This document shows, piece after piece, positions 46,144 to 60,304 of a stretch of DNA of 64,000 nucleotides. This stretch comes from Eledone cirrhosa (lineage: Eukaryota): contig OZ024744.1 in the NCBI GenBank assembly GCA_964016885.1, positions 96,286,001 to 96,350,000 on the forward strand, written 5' to 3'. How positions within the stretch are numbered: position 1 is the stretch's first letter; the number at the start of each line of letters is the position of its first letter. The notes under the pieces are model-generated. The model did no database searches, was not told where the DNA came from, and saw only the letters and a program-made list of their open reading frames with translations. A program made the position numbers and the translations under genes.

Positions 46144-46271
46144 TACCCTTATATCTCCATCATCATCGTCATCATCATCGTCGTCATCATCATCATCATC
46201 ATCATCACCATTATCATCATCATGATGAACATCACCAAGAGCAGCAGTAGCATCATTGTCATAATCATCAC

Positions 46272-46362
<91 letters not shown>
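45420..46362. repeat. (CAC)n/(CAT)n compound microsatellite with periodic cacgaacat interruptions
   Basis: Direct inspection. Confidence 0.9.
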
Positions 46363-47228
46363 GACTCTATAACTACAATATCATCTCAATTGAAATCATC
46401 TTTAAAAAAAAAAAAAAAAAAAAAATGTATATATACCCTAGGAAAATCGCTCCTAAATAATGTCATTAATATCACAGAACTATACAATTTCGTCGGGGGG
46501 GGTGGCTGCTGGGCGGGGTATCGGAGCGGGGAGGAGGGACGGGCGGGGTGGGGGTGGGGTGGGGGTGGGGGGGGATTATCAGAGATCCAGTTTTGCAGAA
46601 GGAAAGTTTCTACATAGTATATTATAATAAATAACCACTATTGAATTTAACAGTTAATAAAAATTAAATTATTTATAATTTAAAATATCTTCCGCTTTTT
46701 TTTTTTTTTCCTTTTTCTTTCAAAATTTTTTTTCCTTTTCTTTTTAAAAATTTTGTCACCGAGGAGGAAGGCTCTTCATTTTTTTTTTTTTTTTTTTTTT
46801 TTTTAACGGTGAGAGGAGAGAAAATAGAATTTAATTTTAATGTAATGCGACTTTCCTAAGGTCATTAGTGGCGTTAGTGAAGATCCAATTGCAAATCAAT
46901 ATCGCATGTCTTATGGCAAGTGTAGCTCATTGAGTGATTTTCTTCTTTGTTTTTGTTTTTGTTTTTTTTTACCTTTTGTACTACGATGCTTGCCTCTTTT
47001 ATAGTTTAATTATTCATTAAACATTTGTCTGTAATCTTTGAATGAAATTTGTAAGCAATGTTATTCTGCTTTTTTCTGCTTTTTTTCTTTCTTTTATTTT
47101 TAATAAAGTTTGTTGATTTGTTTTGTTCATTGATTTGTTTTGTTCATTATAAGCGATATTATAAGCTGCCCAGATATACACTATCAACTAAATTTGACAA
47201 TTGCAAAAATGTCTAAAAAATGAAGCAT

Positions 47229-47309
<81 letters not shown>

Positions 47310-47392
47310 CAAATATATATGTAATATATACATATATATATATAATATATACATATATATATAATACATACATATATATAATATATATATCA

Positions 47393-47427
<35 letters not shown>

Positions 47428-47522
47428 GTATATATGTATATATACATATATATACATATATATACATATATACATATATATATATATGTTATATATGTAT
47501 ACATATATAATATTATATATGT

Positions 47523-47607
<85 letters not shown>

Positions 47608-47640
47608 CATTATATATATATATATATATATAATATACAT

Positions 47641-47673
<33 letters not shown>

Positions 47674-48554
47674 GTATATAAACTCATACAATTGTTGAGA
47701 TTTTGTAAAATATGCCGCTGGAGGAAGGCACTACACATAATCAAATATTACATGTTGATGTTAGCAACATTATCACACATAGCGAAGGAAACAATCACCT
47801 TAGCACTCTAGCAGTCGATGACAAATATTTATGATGCGTTTCACGTTTGTTGTAGCGGCAATGTTACATCAGAAAAGAAGGTTTAGATTAGAATTCCAAA
47901 TAATGACATATATTATTACTGTTGAGATATTAATAAATGTGATTTGAAAGTTTCAAAATATTTCATTTAGACGGCTTGTATTGTATTAAAAGTTTTGTTT
48001 GGAATGTCTGTATGAAAAGGGTGCCACGAGCAATGTGTCCGTTAGAATCCTATCATATCGATTATAAATGATCAATTACATATATTGTTTGAATTAATCG
48101 AATTCATAGATAAATATGTAAGGCATAAAATCCTAAATTTTAAAATCGGTTACCTACAAAGATTAAAGGTTAACAAGTAAGATGAATAAAAAAAGCATTT
48201 TAGTAGTTTCGATAAAAAATATTGAAAATATTGTCGTCCCTTTTATTTGAGTTTTGGTTATATCTGTGTAAATAGCATTCTAACTGTGTTTCAGCCTTTC
48301 TTCAATCGAAAACTTCCAAGAAATTCTCTGTGATATTATCAGGTGGAATGCTTAAAAACCATACTTCCCAGAATTTGCGTCTCTTGACTTTTAAAATAAT
48401 TTATTCAAATGTTGATACCAAGAATGTTTCGTTCTCCAATAGCTTATTCTATTTCTCTTCCAAACTTTGTATTTTCAACATAGGTATGTATCATTCATCC
48501 TAAATGGAATATAATTACAGTCAAATTTACAAATGTTAAATGTTAATAAAACAT

Positions 48555-49979
48555 TTACATTATATCTAAATCTTTATCTTTAAAAGGAATGTTTTCCTCA
48601 TCTTCAACTTTTCTTCCACCGAAATTTGTTTCTTTTACTTTGTCATCCTTTCCTTTCTCATTTTTTGCTTTACTTTTTTTACTGTTTTCATTCGAGAAAC
48701 TTTTCCAAGAAGTGTTAGATGATTTACTTGATCTTCGGCTTGTTGGTGTATCTGGCTTTGTCTGGACAGCATTGTCTGATGTATTTGAGTCTAAACTTTC
48801 ATCACGCACTGGTTGAGCCAGTGGTTCAGCTGGCTGATGTTGCATCGGAGAAACCTCAATGTTGAGAAACTGTTCTCCCGTTACAGAGGAACCCTTACTA
48901 ACTGTATGCATGCTCTCTAATGAATTCCAATTTGGAGATGAAGAAAGATAATTTTTTGGTGACGTGACATCTGTATTTGTGGCAGTTGTATTTGGAGAAT
49001 TGTACTTTGAACATGGAAAACTAGACAATCTTGAAGAACATGGAGATGAAGACGGAGTAAAAAGTCGTAGAATTTCGCCAATTTGATCATCTATCCGACT
49101 GATTCTAGTATTAATGCTTTTGAATTCTTCTTTTTGCTCGAGGCGAATATCTTCCAGAAAACCCATAACGTGTTGTTCAGTATTCCCGATATTAAGGAAT
49201 CTTTCTTTAGCGCCGCTTTTTGTTGGTCGTCCAAGTGACAAACCTCTTTCATTTGAATTCCAACGAACGCTCCAGCCGGCACCCAGTGCATTTTCTGCAA
49301 TGGTGCTATCAGTTTTATCATTGTCACTTAACAATTTAGCCGACAAAACGTTAGTTGATAGGTGATTTGGTGGCTCTTCAGATATTTGATCAAGCTTTAC
49401 ATTGCTCTTGAGTATACCACTATCTGTGGAGTCACTTTTCTGAAGATTTGATTTTAAATCGTCTTCAGGGTCTTCGACTATTGTATCCTGTTGTTTCGCC
49501 ATTATTCGTCCCCATTTCGAAAGTTGCTTCACAGATGCCCGGCTTGTAATGTCAGGTATTTTAGGTTCTTCACACTGTATATTATGTTCGACATTACTTC
49601 CGGTTTTGTAATAATCTGGTTTTCCATGATCAGATGACCTCGCAATATCTGAAGACCTACCATTCTCCTTACCCAAAAATTTATTCCATTTAGGAGCCCC
49701 TCCTCCCAGTTTCGGCACATTACTCGTTTGTGGTGGGTTCTCAGATACATTAATCACCCGAGCTTCGCTACCGGGTCCATCAATTTCACTAAGGTTGTTA
49801 TTTGTTTGTGCATTCAGCTCGACGTCCGTTTGTATGGCGCGAGCGTCGCTAATTTTCCGAAACCGAGAAATTAACTTTCGCACCGGATGATCGCTTGATA
49901 AATCCAGAGGTGGGTCATTTTTTCTCTTCTCTGCCAATTCACGCTCCTTCTTTACATCCGCTACCTTACGGAATACCAA
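48555..49979 (-). CDS. eag: Last coding exon of an ether-a-go-go (Kv10/KCNH1-5 family) potassium channel; 474-aa cytoplasmic C-terminus
   Basis: LVFRKVADVKKERELAEKRKNDP..DHPVRKLISRFRK (post-CNBHD calmodulin-binding region), KSDSTDSGILKSNVKLDQI and terminal coiled coil DIRLEQKEEFKSINTRISRIDDQIGEILRL match EAG motifs as I recall them; polypyrimidine tract plus ttacag acceptor ending at 49980 (phase 0); TAA at 48555-48557. Confidence 0.93.
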   Translation of the reverse strand: MVFRKVADVKKERELAEKRKNDPPLDLSSDHPVRKLISRFRKISDARAIQTDVELNAQTNNNLSEIDGPGSEARVINVSENPPQTSNVPKLGGGAPKWNKFLGKENGRSSDIARSSDHGKPDYYKTGSNVEHNIQCEEPKIPDITSRASVKQLSKWGRIMAKQQDTIVEDPEDDLKSNLQKSDSTDSGILKSNVKLDQISEEPPNHLSTNVLSAKLLSDNDKTDSTIAENALGAGWSVRWNSNERGLSLGRPTKSGAKERFLNIGNTEQHVMGFLEDIRLEQKEEFKSINTRISRIDDQIGEILRLFTPSSSPCSSRLSSFPCSKYNSPNTTATNTDVTSPKNYLSSSPNWNSLESMHTVSKGSSVTGEQFLNIEVSPMQHQPAEPLAQPVRDESLDSNTSDNAVQTKPDTPTSRRSSKSSNTSWKSFSNENSKKSKAKNEKGKDDKVKETNFGGRKVEDEENIPFKDKDLDIM

Positions 49980-49992
49980 CTGTAATAGAGGG

Positions 49993-50039
<47 letters not shown>

Positions 50040-50329
50040 GTAGAGAAAGAGGTAGAGAAAGAGAGAAAAATGTTATTAGTGATCAGTTATTATAATTGAA
50101 TGTTATTCGTTTTTGATATGCAATAACAACATTTCTCGCCATCCTTCTTCACACACACGCACACACACACACATTCACACACATACACACACGTATAGTC
50201 CTTTTCTCCACACACACACATGCTCATACACACACGTATAGGTCTTTTCTCTCTTCACACACACACACACACACACATCTATACGCCTTTTCTCCACACA
50301 CACATACACACACATGTTCATACACACAC

Positions 50330-50530
50330 GTATAGGTGTTTCAAACATTTGAGTGTCAAAGATTCCCCTGGATGGGAAGCCAGTCTGCCGCACACCATCC
50401 TCCGGGGAAACGCCTGGCTGTGGGCAGTCCAGCACACGGGGTCCCATTTGCTCACTATAGAGAGAGATGGGGGGAGGGCAAGAGAATTGGAGGCGATGGC
50501 AGTGAGTGTTCGGCTCTTCCACGTTCGGAC
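50330..50530 (-). mobile_element. Degenerate RTE-like LINE 3' fragment
   Basis: FPRRMVCGRLASH..LKCLK resembles RTE C-termini. Confidence 0.35.
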
Positions 50531-51060
50531 TATATCCATATCCTTGTGGTTGTATTCATCAAGTCGTAGTGCAGTAATGAAATATATATCGGTTGGCTGA
50601 GCACTCACCGTGTGAAACTTCTAGTTAAGTTCTATTGCCTTCTTTCCTTCCATTCCTTCTTTAGTTATATGAATGGAGAAAGACCCAGGTGCATTTTATA
50701 CACATTTGTTTTATTTGAGTGTCAACTGGATCAACGCAAAATGAATTGCTTTACTCAAGAGCGCAACATACCACCCGCCGGTTGGTTGGAGATCACTCCT
50801 ACGTCCATTTCACCGTGGGTTACAAAACCCTAGCCACTATGTTAGGAGCGTTTACACACACACACACACACACACACGCGCACACGCGCACACACGCGCA
50901 CACACACGCGCACACACACACGCGCACACACACACGCGCACACACACACGCGCACACACACACGCGCACACACGCGCACACACACACGCGCACACACACA
51001 CGCACACACACACACGCACACACGCACGCACACACACACACACACAGACACACACACACA

Positions 51061-51092
<32 letters not shown>

Positions 51093-51155
51093 CATACACA
51101 CACACACATACGCACACACCCACCCACACACACGCACGCACACACATACACAGAG

Positions 51156-51187
<32 letters not shown>

Positions 51188-51215
51188 GCACACACACACA
51201 CACACAGATGGTTTT

Positions 51216-51394
51216 TACGAGGGTCGGTTCAAAAAGTTCATAGGCTGAAAAGTTCATAGGTTAACCAATATAGTCCCTGGAAAGAAACAATGCAGTTATT
51301 AATAAGAAGAGTTGAAATTAATGCATGCAAGATTTCACAGCCCTAGCATTAATCCTTCATAGTCAGCCTATGAACTTTTCAACCGACCCTCGTA
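51216..51394. mobile_element. Mariner-type MITE with intact TIRs
   Basis: ta-cgagggtcggttcaaaaagttcataggctga ... tcagcctatgaacttttcaaccgaccctcg-ta. Confidence 0.85.
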
Positions 51395-51467
51395 CATTGC
51401 ATGTCTAAGTGTACTACCTATAGATGCAATATGTTGTTTTATTTGAGGGTAATACAAACATGTGAAG

Positions 51468-52210
51468 ACGCATGGCTTAGTGGTTAGAGCATTGGGCTTG
51501 CAATTGAGAGGTTGTGAGTTCAATTCTCGGACCGGGTGATGTGTTGTTTCCTTGAGCAAGACACTTTATTTCACGTTGCTCCAGTTTACTCAGCTGTAGA
51601 AATGAGTTGCGACGTTATTGGTGCCAAGCTGTATCAGCCATTGCCTTTCCCTTGGACATCATTGGTGGTGTGGTGTGGAGAGGGGAGACTGGTATGCATG
51701 GGTGACTGCAGGTCTTTCTCAAACCTTGTCCGGACTTGTGTGTGCCTTGGAGGGAAACTTTCTAGGTGCCAAACCATAGTCATTCCTGACCGAGTGGGGC
51801 CCGCTAATACGAGCAAATTGCTGCTTCTTTGTGTAACGCAGTATATTCGGCTTCGTGAATATACGTAGCTGAATTGTTAGGGTGGTTACGACACATGATG
51901 GTATAGTCGTGAGTTCGAATCTCCCGCGTGCGGTGTGTCATTGAGCAAGACACTTTATTTTACGTTGATCCTGTCCACTTAACTGGCAAAGATTAGTTAT
52001 GCCTGTGATTCAAAGGGCCAGACTTGTGATCCTGTCCACTTAACTGGCAAAGATTAGTTATGCCTGTGATTCAAAGGGCCAGACTTTTCACATACAGTGT
52101 CACGCTGAATCTCCCTGACAACTGGATTATGAGCACACGTGTCAGTGTAATGCTCAGTCACTCGCATGTTAACTTCACGAGCAGGTTGTTCTGTTGATTG
52201 AACAACTAGA
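51468..52210 (+). mobile_element. Two tRNA-derived SINEs (S2 at 51468-51795; related copy 51865-52210 with an internal 61-bp tandem duplication)
   Basis: A-box tggcttagtgg, B-box gttcaattc/gttcgaatc, shared ttgagcaagacactttattt. Confidence 0.75.
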
Positions 52211-52639
52211 ATGAAGGTCTAGCTACCACTACCGTTCTGGTTAAAATACATGTTGATAAAGCTTGTGAATTAATAAAGTCTGCAAAGGTACACAGACACA
52301 TGACAACATTTTGAACAATATTTTATCCAAATTGATATTTACCTGTCCATCACTAGAAGGTATATATATCCATGTCTTTTTCGGATAACATCAACGAATG
52401 GACAGGTTAAGACTTCGCGGCAAATTCTGGCTCGCAATCAAGAAGGATGTAGGGTGGTGGTACATTTCTCCACCTCGGATAGATTTCGTCCTTGATAATA
52501 ATTTCTGAGACTAACATTGCAGGCAAACACCCCCCAGTCATATCATAAGACGTTCGTTACTTCAAATAACCCCTTCAGATCCTATGTCATATATTTGGAT
52601 ACATTGCAATGCACAGTTGTATGTACGTATGGACCTGTG

Positions 52640-53135
<496 letters not shown>

Positions 53136-53147
53136 GGAGCTCTCATT

Positions 53148-53798
53148 TATGAGGGGGCTTCAAAAAGTTCGTGGAAATAGCACGGTTGGAAAAAACGGTC
53201 TAAGTTATGATGTTTATTTTCCCACATATGCTCCATCTAGGTCAATATAGTTCTGCAAGCGTTGATACCAGCCTTAAATTCCATCTGTGTAAAATTGAGG
53301 GCCATGCGATTTAAACAACCATGTGAAAGCAGCTTTTTTTACATCTTCATCTGGGGATCATTCCATCTGTGTAAAATTGAGGGCCATGCGATTTAAACAA
53401 CCATGTGAAAGCAGCTTTTTTTACATCTTCAACTGAGGATCAGTTTGAACTTCATCTCTTCCACTTCTAAAACGACTTATCCATTTGTAGGTTGTTGATT
53501 TCTTTGGGGCTTGTCCCTATAAACTTGCTCCGGAGCGTCAATGATTTGTCTGCTCTTCCACCCTAATTTCACCATGAATTTGATGTCTGTCCTGGCCTCA
53601 ATTTTAATGGAGGCCATGATGCTCGAGCGGGTGCTGACTTCCAGCTGGTGGCGCCGCATTGCAACATGCATTTAAGTGTTGATGTTAGAACATGTTATGA
53701 CACGTACAGGTGCATTGACATAAAAATTCCTGCATATGATTTTTTTTTTTTCTTAGCTATTTATACCTTTTCCACAAAATTTTTGAAGCCCCCTTGTA
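53148..53798 (-). mobile_element. Internally deleted mariner transposon
   Basis: TA-flanked TIRs gagggggcttcaaaaagttcgtggaaa / tttccacaaaatttttgaagccccct; transposase N-terminus KIEARTDIKFMVKLGWKSRQIIDA..VYRD. Confidence 0.8.
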
Positions 53799-54140
53799 TA
53801 TATGTTAGATATATCAAATAGAGAAATATACGTACTCTGTGTCTCAGGTTGTATGTCAACGTCAGGTTCCGCTCAAAAGAATGAGAAAATGAATGATAGA
53901 ATTTCAAAACACTTAACAAGTTGTCTCGTTTAATAACGTGAAGATCACAGTAAGTTAGTGCTTTTACATTAGCAGCAGATTGCCCAACAGTTGATTCCTT
54001 CCAAAAATTGTCTCCAAAAACATCACCTTTACCTTAAAAGAGAAAAAAAAAAAAAACCAGCATGTAAATATATATATGCAAGATTCAATATGTTGCATCA
54101 TAGTAAGCGGCCATACTCCCGAACGTATATATATATATAT

Positions 54141-54260
<120 letters not shown>

Positions 54261-54719
54261 GCACACACGCACTCATACATAGACACACACACACACACCC
54301 ACACACACAGAGAGGCACACACGCACTCATACATAGACACATAGACACACACACACACACACACAGACGCATACACATATACACACACAAACGTAGATAC
54401 ACACTCACTCACGCACACACACATGCACACATGCACACATAACACACAAACAAACACATAAACTAAAAACACAGAAACGCACACACACAGAAACACAAAC
54501 ACATACACAGATAAAAATAACTACAACAACAATAAAAACAAAACAAAGGATAAATCAAACAAGAGGCCCCCCCCCCCCTAAAAAACAACAACAATAACGA
54601 ACAAACCATTTGCTGAAACCTGTAAAGGATTAAGAAGAAGATGTAATGTAAAAATAAAGAATTAATAAAGCTCGGATCAGTACCTTAGTCTTTGGTTCCA
54701 CTTCTTATAAGTCTCACAA

Positions 54720-54972
54720 CAGAAAGGCTCAGCAGGTTTATTCCGGTTTCATGGTGTGAAGCACTGAGAGTACAAGACTTCCCTTGGACAGGACACCAGT
54801 CCATCGCAGAGTTAAACCCCTAGCTATTGCTGGTACTCACTCTCAGCGGGGTAACGTGAAATGAGGTGTTTTACTCAAGAACACAACACACAACCACCCA
54901 GTCCAGGAATCAAACCCACAACATTATGATCATAAGTCCAACACCCTTACCACTCTAGGCCACACACCTCCA
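54720..54972 (-). mobile_element. tRNA-derived SINE
   Basis: Minus strand has tRNA-like head, gttcttgagtaaaaca and cagctg-like body. Confidence 0.55.
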
Positions 54973-55464
54973 CTTACTTCTTATAAATCATGTTTACTAT
55001 AAAAGTTGTTGAATACTTCTTATGAGCATTAACAAAATATTCAACAAGTTTCATAATAAACATATTTCTATTTTTGAAAGTATCACGAGTAGCATAATTT
55101 TTCGAAGGAGTTAAATCCCTCATCTGGGACTCCACATACTATGACACGTTCTCCGCCTCCAACTTAGTCGCTTCGGCCCACAAACCCCGGTACCGAGGCC
55201 CGCAATGCAGAGGAAAGGAAGACTAACAAATACCGGGGTTTGTCCTGCTGCTTCATCTTTGTACCGGTTGCCGTCGAGACTCCAGGTGTCCTCGGACTCT
55301 GTACTGCTGAGCTCCTCCCTAAAATTGGAACGACAGCAGCCCATCTGAAGAATGTAGGGTGGCTGGTGTAGTGATTGTTGCTGGTCATTGTCCGCGCAGT
55401 TTTGTCCGTTAGGCGCAGCCGAAAGCACACCTAGCTCAATCATATATATATACATACATCATAT

Positions 55465-56915
55465 GATGGCTGCCCCCTCGTTATCGAGTGTGGCCATTGC
55501 ACGATATACCATTATTAATAATAATTAATTAATTCTATCGTGCAATGCTTGTGCGTGAAGATATTTTTTAAAGTGAGGAAAGACTGTGCACTGAGCCAAT
55601 CCCACTCTCTGAGCGACAGTAGCTATAACCCGAAAAGAAGATAAGATCGACATCATCGGTAACTACTGAGCCGCAGGTTTTATATCGGAGTTATCCAAGT
55701 TTCCTGAGTTTCCTTCTCCTAGAAAAATGCCCTGACAAAGGCTAGGGGTCCGTCACTCCCAGTGGTTTAACGGCGCGGTAAATGTGTATGTACATATTTA
55801 TGGATGGCCGTTGACTCTTATGAGTTCTTCCGTCCTTTCTCAGGTTTTGTTTTTTGTTCTGCAGGGTGTCCAAAATCACCTTCCTCACCAAGTAAACTTG
55901 GTCGGGTTGCCGGTTTAGTCGCCGCCGACCCGATCATGTGACAGGTTGTACTGGGTTACATGTTACAAGTAGCACTCAAGAGTGACCCGACCTGCATACA
56001 TACATACATGGTGGCTGCCAACTCGTTTTCGAGTACGGCCACTACTTTATATCCATGTAGGAGAACCCTTACCCATGCGCTGAACGAGTGTGACTTTTTA
56101 GTCCAGCCAGCGACTTGAAAACTCTGGTACAAACACTACACTTGTGACAATTATTGACACATAGTGCTGGGCCCATGGTACCATGTGACGACAAGTGCAG
56201 AGAGATCTCCAGATACAAAGCAATGCCTGTGCCGTGAAGCTTTTATAGTGAGCAAAGGCACTGCACAAAGCCAGTCCCACTCTCTTAACCAAGATGATAT
56301 TTACCAAAAAGAAGAACAAGTCAACATCATTGGATACCATCAGGGTTGCAGGTGTTATATCAAAGTTTTCCTTCTCCTAGAATTCTGCCTTAACAAAGGC
56401 TAAGGGGTCATCTCTCCCGGTGATTTTGGATGGCCATTGACTCTTAAGAGCTCCTTTGCCCTTTGACAGGTTTTGTTTTTAGTCCTGCAGGATGTCCAAA
56501 GTCACCCTCCTCACCAAGAAACCTTGGTGGGGTTGCCAGTTTAGTCGCCAACGACCCGACCATGAGACAGGTTGTACTGGGATACATGTTACCAGTAGCA
56601 CCAACTGGTGACTTGACATGCATACATACATACATACATACATACATACATACATACCTACATACATACATACCTACATACATACATACATACATACATA
56701 CATACCTACATACATACATACCTACATACATACATACATACATACATACATACATACATACATACATACACACATACATACCTACACACATACATACCTA
56801 CATACATACATACATACCTACATACATACATACATACATACCTTCATACATACCTTCATACATACATACATACATACATACATACATACATACATACATA
56901 CATACATACATACAT

Positions 56916-56955
<40 letters not shown>

Positions 56956-57042
56956 ACATACATACATACATACATACATACATACATACATACATACATA
57001 CATACATACATACCTACATACCTACATACATACATACATACA

Positions 57043-57076
<34 letters not shown>

Positions 57077-58025
57077 CATACATACATACATACCTACATA
57101 CACACACACACATACATACATACATACATACATACATACATACATACATACATACATACATACATACATACATACATACATACATACAGACAGATAGACA
57201 GATAGACAGACTGACATATATATACATACATACATGATAGCTACAAGTCGATTTCGAGTAATGCCATCGCTTAATACTTAAGAATGAGCATGATGGACGT
57301 GGCTTTTTAGACCTGCTAGGACTACTGGGTGGCCGTTGGCTCTTCTGGGTTTCGCCGCCCTTTGAAAATCAGCCTCCTCACCATGCAAGCTTGGTGGAGC
57401 TGCAGGTTTAGTCGCAGACGACCCGACCATGTATAGGTTACATGTTACCAGTAGCGCCGAGGAACAACCTGGCATACATACATAAATATATACATACATG
57501 ATGGCTGCAAACTCTGCTAAGAGTAGTGCAATCACGTGTCAGATTCTAGAGTTCGGTGCACTTTTAGGCTACGTCCATCCACACGAACCTGTAACATATC
57601 CTGAACAAGCAATACCTGTGCTTTGAAGGTTTTTTTTAAGTGGGGAAAGGCATTGCACTCGACCAATCCCACTCTCTGAGCATCGAAAACACTACCTGAA
57701 AAGGAGAACTGGTCAACATCATCGGATGCTTCCGAAGCTGCAGGTATTTTTTTCAGAGTTTCCCTCTCTTAGAAAGGTGTTGTGACAACAACTGGGGGCC
57801 TTTCACTCCCAGGTGGGAAAAAAAAAGTACTATTTGGATGGCCGTTGACTCTGCTGAGTTCCTCCGCCTTTTGTTGGGTTTTGTATTTCAGCCCGCAGGG
57901 TGTCCAAATACCACCCTCGTCACCAAGCTAGCTTGGTGGGGTTGCCGGTTTAGTCACTGACGACCCAACAATGAGACAGGTTGTACAGGGTTACATGTTA
58001 CCAGTAGCACTCGAGAGCGACCTGA
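55465..58025 (-). mobile_element. Head-to-tail cluster of four family R/R-related elements separated by (CATA)n
   Basis: Copies at about 55465-55995, 56008-56616, 57233-57475 and 57497-58025. Confidence 0.75.
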
Positions 58026-58132
58026 CATATACATGCATACACGCATAAATACATATATATGTGCATATACATGTATATGTGCATATATATATATACACAT
58101 ATATACATACACACATATATGTATATGCATGT

Positions 58133-58201
<69 letters not shown>

Positions 58202-58372
58202 CTCTCTCTCTCTCGCGCTCCCTCTCTCTCTCTATTTATCTCCCTCACTCAGACACACACATATATATAAGGGGTTAACCGAACAAGGATGTGTGGACTA
58301 CATGTCGGTTGTGAAGTAGATAAAAGAAACTCAGCAAAATGTACATTACGGATTTTAATAAACCAAAACATA

Positions 58373-58424
<52 letters not shown>

Positions 58425-58426
<2 letters not shown>

Positions 58427-58884
58427 TTATTTGGTTTGTTGGTTCACCACTGGATAGAACTGGTCATTCCGTATGGTCAATCTCGATGTAATATTATGGA
58501 GAGCACTCAACGTAATGCAACTCACCCGTCTTCGTTTGTGTAGTTGGTGGTGCGAGTACGGAGTTAATTATTATAAAATAACAGGAGGCTGGACTGGTGT
58601 AATTCCTTAAAGGTTTATTATACTTATTATACTATTGTCATTTCAATGACCGGTTCAGTATGAATCCGGTGACATCATCAGGTATTCAGAATATAACAAA
58701 GGAATATAATAGACATGTCTCTGATTTTCAGCCCCATGGATTTGTCTATTATATTCCTTTGTTATATTCTGAATACCTGATGATGTCACCGGATTCATAC
58801 TGAACCCGGTCATTGAAATTACAATAGTATAATAAGTATAATAAACCTTTCAAGGAATTACACCAGTCCAGCCTCCTGTTATTC

Positions 58885-58890
<6 letters not shown>
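58425..58890 (-). mobile_element. Fold-back element, family E, with two opposed HHRs (58629-58685 minus, 58773-58830 plus)
   Basis: Arms 58569-58715 and 58743-58890; atac-CTGATGA-t..accgg..ccggt..t-GAAA-TTACAA-TA-gtat; left-side tail; (TA)n on both sides. Confidence 0.8.
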
Positions 58891-58919
<29 letters not shown>

Positions 58920-59003
58920 AAAGGTAAACAGAAATAACAACACGATCGGTACAGTATATGGCAGAGATATATTAGGTTAACGCTTGATATAGCAGGAAGA
59001 GGG

Positions 59004-59039
59004 TCTGAACGTTTCGGACGCTAGTCTTTCATCAGAAGA
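59004..59039 (-). ncRNA. Minimal hammerhead motif
   Basis: Minus strand tctt-CTGATGA-aa-gac-tagc-gtc-c-GAAA-CG-TT-caga; ACGT palindromic stem III; first pair of stem I mismatched. Confidence 0.55.
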
Positions 59040-59160
59040 AAGAATGAGAAATAAGAGAGATTGAGGGGACGGGAGTGTTGGAATTGGAAAAAATGTCTTT
59101 AGATAAAAATAACAGGTCCATTCATGTTGACATCTCTTATATATATACAGAGAGAGAGAT

Positions 59161-59317
59161 GGCTTCTACAGGACTAGAACTGTTTCATTCGGGAGAAATC
59201 ATCAAGAAGCCCCAGTTCTAGTCCTGTAGAAGCCTTTCTATATTAAATATTTATACTCTGCTATGTATTGAGTTCCTTACTTACTGAGGTTACCCCCGAT
59301 TGAACTCGGGATCAACT
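59161..59317 (+). mobile_element. Family A fold-back element; HHR on the minus strand 59161-59211
   Basis: Minus strand ggcttc-TTGATGA-t-ttc-tccc-gaa-t-GAAA-CAG-ttctagtc-CTG-TA-gaagcc. Confidence 0.75.
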
Positions 59318-59516
59318 TATATATATAAATATATATATAAATATATATATATATACCCCATACACACACACACATATATATATAACCCAACAGTGAGAGT
59401 GTTATATATATATTGTTATACTTGGGAGGGTCATATTGTTGTAATAATATTGCCAGAAATAATAACAGAACACTCTCACTGTTTGGTTATATATATATGT
59501 GTGTGTGTGTGTATGG

Positions 59517-59919
<403 letters not shown>

Positions 59920-60304
59920 ATGTATATATAAAGAAAGAAAGAAAAAACTATGAAGCCTATAATCATTTAGCCCAGAAAGATGTTTATCATTAACGATTTT
60001 TTCTAACGAATATTCTGGTGCATATGTAATCTCTGGTACTCTTTATTTGGCAAAACAATATCATTAATTCTTAACAAAAGATATGGCGGATTCAAAATGA
60101 ATGAAAATCAACACGAATCACTAGTTTCTGCTTAGAGCCCAAATTTTATGCCAAGTGAAAATGGATTTGACATGATTCCAATCAGACAGTCGATTAGCGA
60201 CAGAGTTAATTTAAGGAATGTTAGTTAGCCAGAAGAAATTATTGAGATGCTTACAAGCCGAATGAATTTTATTTTTATATTTGCCACAGACCTACATTAG
60301 ATAA

